64,000 nucleotides of DNA from Prorocentrum cordatum (Eukaryota). The notes beneath the pieces are model-generated. The model saw only the letters and a list, made by a program, of their open reading frames with translations. It ran no database searches and had not been told where the DNA came from. This document shows, piece by piece, positions 46,291-57,760 of this stretch. The first letter of the stretch is position 1, and each line of letters opens with the position of its first letter. Location: the NCBI GenBank assembly GCA_963575745.1, contig CAUYUJ010000134.1, forward strand, positions 1-64,000, given 5' to 3'. Both the position numbers and the translations under genes were made by a program.

Positions 46291-46959
46291 TTGGAGTGCG
46301 GTCGCTATCTGTTTCGGGCTCGCAAAGTGTGGCTGGCGCGGCGCTTCTCCTCTTCCACCTCTCCTCTTGAGTGGCGTCACCGACGGTATCGGCGGGGCAA
46401 CGGCCACCAACGTCATTCTCACATGCTTCACTCCAGCTATCATCACTCCAACCATAATATAAGTATGTGGGGTTCCTCGGTAGCGTAATTCACGTCACCG
46501 CTCGCTTGTGGGAGCCTTGGTGGTAAGAGCCTGTTACGTCTCTGCTCGATATGGGGAGCCTTGGCGTTGAGTTTGTTACGTCATTGCTCGCTATTGGGAG
46601 CATTGGTATTCAAAGCATGTTCTGGCACCGCTTCCTGCAAAAAGGGCTCTACAATCCCCTGGGGCTCTTGGGAGCCTTGGCATCAAAGACGTGACCGTCA
46701 CTGGACTGTCGCTCCTGGAGGCATTTGGGGAGCCTCTTGGGGGTCTACTGGGGGCCTTGGGGGGCCTCTTGGATGCCTCTGGGGCAGTCATGATACCTCG
46801 TGGGCCATCTTGTGGCCCGCATGGGCCGCCTTCGAGCCATTATAGGCCGTTTGGGGGCCCTCCTGAACTATCTTAGGGCGGCCCCCACGTTGCCTCCAAG
46901 AGCGTCTCAAGAGGCCCCAAGAAGAAGACCCCAAGACGGCCCAGTGACGGACACAGCTC

Positions 46960-47615
46960 TAACGCGAAAGTCTTTTTTGAGACGAGTCGGTCACGTTACA
47001 AAATTGAACGCCAAGGCTCCCAAGAGCGAACAGTGGTTTCAAAAGCTCAAACGCCAAGGCTCCAAAGAGCGAGCAAAGATGTAACAAAGTCGTAACGTCA
47101 AGGCTCCCAAGAGCAAACTGTGAAATGACACAACTCGTAAAGCTATTACTTCCAAGAGTGAACGCTGACGCAGGAAGCTCTGAACGCCAAGGCTCCCAAG
47201 AGCGAACAGTGAATTAACAAGTTGTTAAAGGCAAGGCTCCCAAGAGCGACCGGTGACGTAATAAGCTTTTAAAGCCAAGGCTCCCAGGTGCGAACGGTGA
47301 CGTGAAAAAGTTCCGAATGCCAAGGCTCCGAAGAGCAACCGGTGACGTGAGAAAGCTCCGAATGCCAAGGCTCACAAGATTGAACGGTGACGTAAAAAAC
47401 TCTCAATGCCAAGGCTCCCAAGAGCGAAGTGGAACGTAAAAAGCTCGTAACGACAAAGCTCCCAAGAGCGAACGGTGACGTAAAACAGCTCTTAAGGCCA
47501 AGGCTGCCAGGAGCAAACGGGGACGCAAAAAACTCCTTAACATCAAGGCTCTCAAGAGCGAACCGTGCAGTGAACAAAAACTCTTCACACCAAGGCTCCG
47601 AAGAGCGAACGGAAC
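46960..47615 (-). repeat. ~44-bp tandem repeat, about 14 copies, inverted relative to neighbours
   Basis: gccaaggctcccaagagcgaacggtgacg core at 43-45 bp spacing. Confidence 0.85.
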
Positions 47616-50600
47616 CGTGAGTCCTACTGGGCAAATTCCTGAAGCGCTCTTTCCGTTTATGTGCTTAGCCCAGGTGGTGGAAAGAGAGAGGTACGAGAGA
47701 TGACGTTCTTGTGGGACGTATGGCCCTCCAGGGAGACTTTCCAGAGGAGGGGCGAAGGAGAGGGAACTGGGCGTCAACACGTCCGCGCCCCCCCCAGCAA
47801 AAAAATAAGCCTGAGTGAGTGCCCGGAAGGGCCACGGGGCCCCCAACACAGCCGAAGCCGCGCACAAGACGGCCTAATACGCATCCAAGACGGATGCAGA
47901 GAAGCTCAAGAGGGCTCCAAGGAGGCCGCTGGGGCAGTTCTGGTGTCTGTTGGGCCGCATCGCAGCCCTCTTGGGTCGTCTTGGAGCCCTCGTGGGCAGT
48001 CTTGGGGCCCCTCTTGGGCCGTCTTGAAAGTATCTTGGGCCGTTCTCGGCCCATCTGTGAGGCCTCTGGGGCCACCCTGGGCGATCGGAGGCCCGAAAAG
48101 GTGAGAACCCGAAAATTCGCCAAAAATATGTGAAATACCAACGACTGCTGCACAACACTGCTATCTTGGAAGATTGTTGGGACCCTCTGCGGGCGTCTTG
48201 GAGACACGTGGGGCAGTAGTGAAGCCATATCGGGCGCTCTTGGCTCTGGGAACCCTATTGGACCGTCTTGGGGTCCACTTTGAACCTCTCTGAGGCCGTC
48301 TTGGGGTCTCTTCGGCAGTCTTGGGCGCCTTCTTGGGCCGTCTTGGGGGCCTCGCGGGCCGCACCGTGCACCCATGTGGCCCGTCTTGGCCAAAAGTGTG
48401 CCGCGTCACGACCGTTTCCGCCCGCTTCGCCCCCCCCCGAACCCGGCTGGGGCCATACAGAATTATCAACTTCTGCGCGCCCTAACGTTTTCGTGTGCGG
48501 AGCTGGGCGCCCGAACGACCGAACGACCGAACGACCCCCGTCGCGGGACAGAAACAATGGATACAACGCTGGCCGCGCAAAGGCGCCCGAAACTCCACCA
48601 CGGCCCGCCCTCCCCATGGCGCTTCCCTCCACTACTGAAGGGGCCCCAGGACACACAAATAGATACACACACAACAATATTCCCCATATTTTTCCGTATC
48701 TTCTGGGTTTTCGTCTTCCCCCCCACTTCCCATATTTTCCCATATTTTCCGGGGAGTCGACGATTCATTGTGTCTGTGTCTTTTTTTGCCTCCTGAACTA
48801 TAACATCATCACTGGGCTGGCACCAGAGAACGGAAAGAGCGTTTCAGGAATTGGCCGGGGTGGGCCCATCGCGCCCTCTGTTCTCGGGAGCCCTGTCGTG
48901 GAACAAAGTGTCGCATCACCACTTGCTCTTGGCAGCCTTTGCGGGAATTTGGAGGCCCGGAAATGAGCACCAACACAAACACAAGGGATTGCCTCCGCCG
49001 GGGAAGGTGACCACAGATTTCGGTGTTGGTGGTACTATTTCGGTCACCTCGGCAGCCAGAATATTACCACCGTCACCGAGATCGGGATCGTCTTCCTTCG
49101 GTGGAAGCACACCGCCGACCTTAGTGTTGGCGTCGACCTCTAGGCCTGCGATTAGTAGATTTTTGAGTCACTGTTCGCTCTTGGGAGCCTTGGCGTTCAA
49201 AGCGTTTTACGTCACCGACTGGTCTGAGAAGAGCGGTTCCGTTCCCCCGAGCTCCTGGAAACCTTGGCGTCCAACCGTGTCCGTCACTGGGGCGTCTTGG
49301 GGCCCTCCCAAGGGGCACCTCGAGGCGCTTTTGGAGGCATCTTGGGGCTGCGGTCCAATGGGGACCTTTGGGGTCGTCTCGGTGCCTTTTGGGCCGTCTT
49401 GGGACCCGTATTGGGTCATCGTGGATCACTCTTGGGCCGTCTTGGGGCCCTCCTGGGCCGTCTTGGAGACCTCGTGGACGCTCTCTTGGAGCCCTCCTGG
49501 ACAGTCTCCGAACCCTCTTGGGCCGTATTGGACTTCGGCCGTCTTGAGGCGACTCGGGAGGCCCCATGGAGTCACCTTGGGCGGTCGGAGGCTGGAAAGG
49601 GCGAGACGGCCAGAAGCACGTGAAAACCCTAGGATCACCAATGAATGTTGCGTCTCCCTGTCATCCTAGAGGCCTCTTGGGACCCTCTTGGAGCGTGTTA
49701 GAGACCTTTTTGGGCCGTGTTGGGGCCAAAATGGCTTCACTCGGAGCGCTCTTGGGCCGTCTTGGGGCCCACTTGTGCTCTGCTGGGTCCGTCCTGGATG
49801 CACGTCGGGCCATAGTGGGCGCGCCGCCGGCTGTCCTGGGAGGCATCCTGGCCGCTCCGGGCACCCCCTTTGGCTTCTCTGGGCACCCATCTCGGGCCGC
49901 CTTTGGAGGTGGGGAGGTGCTCGCTTGCGTCGCCGGCGGCGAGGCAGAGTCTGCTGCAACAGCGATGGAGCTACAAACGGGGGCAGCGAGGAGCGCATCG
50001 GCCAGCGTGCAGGAGCGGGGAGGGGACAGACCGAGGCGGCCGCGGAGGGGGGGGTGGGGAGCTCACGCTCACTCACGCGCTCCTCGGCCCTCCGCCTGGA
50101 GCCCCTCCCTGGCGGGCGATTCGCCTCGCCAGAACGCCACCTCCCGTGCCTCGCGGCTTCCGTCCACTGGGCGGGCACGGAAATGCAAAGAGTGTTGTGG
50201 TAACTTGCCCGAGAGGGCTCATGGCACCGCTCGCTCTCCGGGGGGGGACTGGCGTGCGGAGCTTTTGTCACCGATTCGTGCCAAGAAGGCTCTACGGTCC
50301 CCTGGGGCTCCTGACGCCTTGGCATCGAAGAGGTGTACGTCATCAGGCCGTCTGAGGGCGGGAGCCGTGTGTCCGCCACAGGGCCGTCTTGGGGTTTTCC
50401 TGGTGGGCCTCTTGAGACACTCTTGCGGGTATCGTGGGGGCGGCTTGAAGTTATGTTGCATCCTCGAAGGACCTTGTCTGTCCCGTCGCCGCCCTATCCG
50501 CGTCGAATCCATGTCGGCCTCGTCGGACCCGCGTCGGCTCCACGCCAAGTCCGCGTCGAGTCTGGATCGAACCCGCGTCTTGCAGAAGAAAAGACCCCAC

Positions 50601-50925
50601 CTTGGGGGACAGGCGAGGTCCCCGAGAGGTTTTAGTGAAGGCTTTGGGGCCGTCCTAGGGCCTCTTGGAGGCCTCTGGGGCAATCTTGGTGCATCTTGGG
50701 CCGCCTTGGGGCCCTCCTTGGCCGTCTCAAAGCCCTCTTGGGCCGTCTTGGGGCCCTCTTGGATGGACACTCTCTTAGGGGATATATTGCATCGTTTTCG
50801 GGCTGCCTTGGGCCCGTCTTGGGGGTCTCTTTAGCCGTCTTGGGGCGCTCTGGGAAGCCCCTGCGGGCGGTCGGATGCCCGAACAGGCGAGAAGGCGGCG
50901 AAAACTTGGAAAACCGAATAAAAAA

Positions 50926-51050
50926 CAACACCTGTGGAAGCCGAACGACATGCGCTGTGGCATGACGAGCCTTGCCACGGGAGCGCCCAGCATGTCCTGG
51001 GTGTCGACGATGTAAAAGTCTGACTGACCCCCGCGCAAAAGGTCACGAGC
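50926..51050 (-). pseudogene. Diverged duplicate of the CCD C-terminal ~40 codons directly after the stop codon
   Basis: ARDLLRGGQSDFYIVDTQDMLGAPVARLVMPQRMSFGFHRC aligns with AHDL..AGKSEFHIIDAQNIAGPPVARLAIPQRVPFGFHGC. Confidence 0.75.
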
Positions 51051-51056
51051 TAGCCG

Positions 51057-51181
51057 TCACTGGCCTGGCACCCAACACCCGTGGAAGCCAAACGGCACGC
51101 GCTGCGGGATAGCAAGCCTTGCCACGGGCGGGCCCGCGATGTTCTGGGCGTCGATGATGTGAAACTCGGACTTCCCCGCAT
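51057..51181 (-). CDS. Carotenoid cleavage dioxygenase, terminal exon
   Basis: Manual translation AGKSEFHIIDAQNIAGPPVARLAIPQRVPFGFHGCWVPGQ* contains the canonical GFHG fourth His. Confidence 0.88.
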
Positions 51182-51394
51182 CTAGACGGCTCCGCGTAAG
51201 GGTGACCTTTGGCAAGGGTAACCTTTGGTGAGCGCCTGGCTGAACGAAATCCTTTCTCTATCATTCCCCAGGCTGCTCCCAAGGCCCAAACCGACTAGAA
51301 CAGAAAAGCAAAAAAAAAAAAAAAAAAAAAAAAACGCCCCACCGGCTGCGTACCAGAAGTCACCCCAGCGAAGAGTCACCCTTGCGCGCTGCCG

Positions 51395-51708
51395 ATCTAA
51401 GTCATGCGCGAACATCACAAGCCAGCCGTCGTCCTCCACGACGCTCCCAGGCCGCGGCACGTACGCGACCTCCTGTCCCGCGAGGTTCCCGGGCAGCACC
51501 CTTTCCTCCGTGCTCACCTCGCCGCCGTCGCCGAAGGTGTACTTCTCGATGCCGCCGACGAGCGGGCTTCCACTTCGAGCGGCGTTGCTCTTGCCGCGGT
51601 CGTAGAACACGCAGTAGCCGAAGCGGTGGGGCTGCCCTGTGTACCTTTGGTTGATCACAGGGAAGTCAACAAAATGACCGCGTCCGACTCGCCGCTCATC
51701 GACAGAAC
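51395..51708 (-). CDS. Carotenoid cleavage dioxygenase, penultimate exon (donor position uncertain by ~10 nt)
   Basis: DFPVINQRYTGQPHRFGY..QEVAYVPRPGSVVEDDGWLVMFAHD; CAG|G acceptor in phase with the previous exon. Confidence 0.88.
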
Positions 51709-52071
51709 CTGAGGGAGGGCATTTCGCCCACAGCAGGTGACGCAGCTGCGTGGAGTCAAAATCTAGAGTAAGGACGCAAAGTGAGGATGCAAGCAGCTTG
51801 GGCGTCCAGTTCATAGGTTCATAGGTCCTTGGACGCCAATGTTGGCCCAGGATAGGTCGGAGAAGCAAGGATGCAAGGGTAGCCTTGCAGGAGGACATTG
51901 TTGCAGTGGGTTTTGACTGTAGCAACATGCGCCAGCCTCACACCTACACACCAGGCGGTGTCTCGCCCCCTTCGACCCGATGATCTGGCCGGTGTGATTT
52001 GGCCTGGAAGTGGGTGTGCGCCGCCAGGCACCTCATACACCTACGGAGGGCGAAATTACCTCCCCGAGAAC

Positions 52072-52561
52072 CGCTGCTCAAGTTCAATCTCCACTCTCGC
52101 AGCATGGGTGCGATTCCCGAGGCCTTCCGGCCCCCAGAGAAGAACTTGCTCACGGCCTCGGCGCGGTCCAGAGAGCCGTCGGCCTTCCACTCGTAGTGGT
52201 CCAGAACCACGGAGTCGGCATAAACCCCGCGCACGATGACGTCGTCTCCGTCCTCGAAAGCACTCATGAGGTGGAAACCGTAGCCACTGGAGACGTCAAA
52301 CCACTGCTGCACGTCGCTCCCGCCGCGCGGCATGAGGCCGATTCTGGCCGGCGCGTCGTGCTGGAAGGACATCATGCCTTCCTCTGAATAGAACAATCGA
52401 CCGACGTCGATCGTCAGCGGGAAATCAGTGATGACAAGAAAATTCTCCGTGATGGCCGTGTCGTGCATGAACGTGTTGCGGTCCGCGCTGGGCACCTCGG
52501 TGGAGTGCCTGAGCACGCCATCGGGGCCCACGATGCCCGCGTGTATGCCGACGCGACCGTC
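52072..52561 (-). CDS. Carotenoid cleavage dioxygenase, internal exon
   Basis: FMHDTAITENFLV..ARIGLMPR..WFDV..GFHLMSAFEDGD..LREWRLNL; CAG|G acceptor, GT donor. Confidence 0.9.
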
Positions 52562-53227
52562 CTGGGCATCCTTAAGCCGCCGCCATGCCTGGCAAGGATG
52601 AGGCGTGCTGGACCTCCCTCGAGCGTCGTCGCCGTTGCTGTCCGCCTTCGCGGGGCCTCCTCGCCGCCACGGCGGGGCGCGGCTCGAAAAGAGCTGGTCA
52701 AAATGGACCCTGGTCCAGGGACCGATTTTGAGCGGAGTTGTAGTCCGCCACCGCGCCTGCGCAGACGCGGCGTGCTGGAGTGCCCGTGAGCTGTCCTGTA
52801 AGGTGGCTGTCGCCAGCGTGAGGTCACAACCCCGCCCCCACCCCTTCCGAGGAGGCTGAGGAGGGCTATGAGGAGGACCTAGCGGCCTGCACGCGGAGGG
52901 AGGAGGAAAAAGAAGAGGAGGAGGAGGAGGAGGAGGAGGAGGAGGAGGAGGAGGGAGGAGGAAAGAGGAAGAGGAGGTAGAAGGAAGAGGAGGGAGGACG
53001 AGGAGGAGCGAGGAGGGAGGAGAAGGGAGAAGGAGGGCCACCGCTGCCTCAACTGGCCCTCATCTGGCGAGCCGCTCCACTCTGGGATCGACAGGGAGAT
53101 GGTGATACATCAGGCCAGGTGGAAGGACATGGCCTCCTCCTGCTCCTCCTTCCCCTCCTCTTCCTCATCCTCCCATCTCCTCCTCTCCCACCTCCTCCCC
53201 CACCCCCTCCTCCTCCCCCAGCCCCTC

Positions 53228-53419
53228 TGGCGCGTAGCACGGCGGCGGATTCGTTGGAGGCGGTTGGATAGACCATGCCGCATAGAGTAGCTCTCCTGTC
53301 CTCGGGTCGACCTTCGGGTGCGCGGTGAAAGAGGGCAGTCCTGTTCCTCCTCCTCCTCCTTCTCCGCCCGCGGCCCCGAAGTCCACGGACCCCAGCACCG
53401 ACAGGTCCTCGGGGCAACT
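53228..53419 (-). CDS. Carotenoid cleavage dioxygenase (RPE65/CCD family), internal exon
   Basis: PEDLSVLGSVDF...FTAHPKVDPRTGELL carries the first His motif. AG acceptor; probable GA donor. Upstream exons not found in the window. Confidence 0.8.
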
Positions 53420-55310
<1,891 letters not shown>

Positions 55311-55379
55311 GGAGGGAGCGCTGCAGCTACGCTGCGTGGTGGCTCAAGGCCCGAGCAGGCCCACGCGCTACCGCAGGTT

Positions 55380-56340
55380 ATGAGCCCCCCCGAATGATGC
55401 AACGGCGATTGACTTTCAGTATGTTCCAGTGCCCGATTCCAATTTCGATCACGATCTTGACGACGATACTGATCGACGGGATACTTATTCGTACCTACGC
55501 TATCGACTACGGGACTTGTTTCATCCCCCGCGCCGCAAATGACAGCATGCAGGGCCCGAAGCCCTGGCGATGCCTCAGAAAATCGCGCCGCTGCGTCACG
55601 GCTGGCTGAAAGGGCGGCGCTGGGGGCTTTCTCGTGGACTCCTCTTGGGCAGGCAACACAGCAGGGGTTGCACGGAGAGACGCGGGCTGTGGCGGGCGGA
55701 GTAATACGGTCAGCCATGCGCCTTCAAGCCGACCAATTTGCGAACTCTGGGGCACTGGATGGGTATGGGTGAGTTCGAAATTTGAAGGAAAAAAACTCTG
55801 GAGGTCGTGGCGCTTACGACGCCCATCGACCTAACGCCATCTTGCAGGTGGCGGAGCTGAAAGCCTGGAGAGTGGGCAATCTCCATGCGTGCGCGTCCAT
55901 CGCCCAGCGCGAGAGTACCTGCGAATTCCACGCGCGCTGGCAAAGACGACAAGGACAAGGGCAAAAGCCAAGACCTGACAAGCGTGGATCCATGTTTGTT
56001 CTACATTAGTCGGTACTGCACTCGAGCCAAAAACTGCAAGTCATTCGCCAATGATTTGTGCCGCATTTGCCATCAGCCCTGACACTGGGACAACGAATGA
56101 CCATCCAGGACTCCAAGACCATTCCTTGGGGTGGGGCGGGAGGTAGGACATGGACAACCTTGGCAGGGGCCCCGGCAGAAAGGCGACGCCAAAAACAACT
56201 GGACAGCCTTAGGAAAAGACGGGGCAACGGACACCGAGGAAAAATGGAACTGCAACCCGAGCGGACCCGGCGCTTACACCACAGCAGTCCGCGGCAAGCA
56301 TGGAAGTCTGTCACAGACATGTTACAGAAATAAATGGAAG
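55380..56340 (+). pseudogene. Decayed gag-like ORF with CCHC zinc-knuckle remnant (retroelement-derived)
   Basis: 56059-56100 reads CRICHQP*HWDNE* (CX2CX4HX4C with two TGA); preceded by C-x7-C-x5-C; many stops and frameshifts. Confidence 0.5.
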
Positions 56341-57360
56341 AACACAAGCCGAACTACAAGGGCATGGAGGTCATCCTGGAGAGGGGATCTGGACAACTGC
56401 ATGTGTCGATGGATGGCGATGCCGCAGCTGAACGACGTGTTGTTCGCGGTAAGGATAACCGTCATGCCATAAATCGTAAGCCCTTTCCGGAACCCATCGT
56501 TCGCGAAACGGCGAACAGCGTGACGGTCGCCACCGAACAGGCAGACGTCGTCTGCGGCGTCGTGCCACTGTATTACTGCTGCCTCCTTGGCATCTCGTAT
56601 GATGACACTGGTGTTTCTGACCGAAGAGGGGTGGAAGAACTGCCAACGTTGTTCTGGCGTTGTTCAGTACATGTTGAGGCAGTGATGCAAACTGTTCCTA
56701 TTGATGTGGATCACGCACCTCACCCTAATCCGAGTCATCGACCCGCATGGAAGTGCCAGCGCGCCGGCACGACCTCTGACACAAGCTCGAAGTTCCAATG
56801 GGTAAGCACTATCGCAGCCGCGCCAACTACGCCAAACCAGCAGGCACGCTCTGCGCGCGAGCTTGCGCGCGCGTCCGAGGCCGCAGAGGCGCGCCAGCTA
56901 GCGCAAAGCAGTCACCGCAATCGGGGCAGCATGGGCTTTGCAAAACAAGTTGCGGGAGGAAGCGTGGGATGTTTGCGCGAGTTGTAAAATTGACATTTCA
57001 TTCGTGACTTAGTTAGCCCCTGTCTATCAGTTTTCCTGTATTTCGAAAAAGACTCAGGGTCGATCGGTACATCTACTGACGCATGCTCCACTGGCACAAT
57101 CGCACTCTCGATGACACACACACACACACGCTGTTTTTCCCCAGGCACTCCTCCCCCCTCAGTGCACGGAAAAGAGGTCAACACACAATCCTGGCGCGTC
57201 CGCCAGTGAAACGCTACAGCACTGATCAGGCACAGGGCATAGGAGATGGAGAGGAATAAGAAGTCTATGATATACTTCGTCGTGGTTATGGACATGACGA
57301 AGGACGCTAGGCAACCGCGGGTCGGGTCTGCACGACGGATCTTGACTCTCTACAAACCGG

Positions 57361-57382
57361 CTTGAGCCAAAGCGGTATCGGT
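57361..57382 (-). other. Full-length spliced-leader relic
   Basis: ACCGATACCGCTTTGGCTCAAG matches DinoSL at 17/22 positions without gaps. Confidence 0.6.
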
Positions 57383-57760
57383 CGACACGCTTTGACATTC
57401 GCTGCTGCTACATGCCACATGCACCATCCTGCCTAGGCATGCCGAGCACCTTCCCAGATCTCGGGAGATCAAGGACACTTTCATTCGGGGTAGGCATTAT
57501 CCGCGCAAGTCTGCTAGCTGCAAGTGCACTCGGCATTCGTGGCAGTTCAAACCAACAGGATACGATCGCTCCAGACCAGAGCGAGGCAGACGGCCACCGA
57601 CGAGGCAAGCTGCGAAAAGAACAGAGCACAGCCCCAGGTGGGAAGCCCGACTGGCAGATTCCAAGCGAAAGTCAACAACTAGAAAGCAGGCAAAGCGCGA
57701 GGGGGGCACTCACCGATCATCTCCAACATCAGAAGTCGCCCATAAGCGTAGGATAGGTTA

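Larger units (their letters stand above)
43790..46488 (+). mobile_element. Helitron2/Helentron-like non-autonomous element carrying (CAGCA)n and an 89-bp satellite
   Basis: Inserted in a T run of a 44-bp unit (gagagcgtttt|cacgtcacc). 5' hairpin CCCCAC-ATGCTTC-GTGGGG; inverted subterminal AACCATAA..ATGTGGGG 16-18 nt from the 3' end; no TSD. Confidence 0.65.

Noticed and set aside
46960..47615. CRISPR-like look (conserved ~29-nt core plus variable ~15-nt part)
   Set aside because: The variable parts are short and homologous to each other, the cores are degenerate, there are no cas genes, and the context is eukaryotic repeat.
49566..50834. 422-aa ORF and similar PSWAVL/GPKTAQ-rich ORFs
   Set aside because: Stop-poor translations of the CTTGG-periodic repeat; no domain features.
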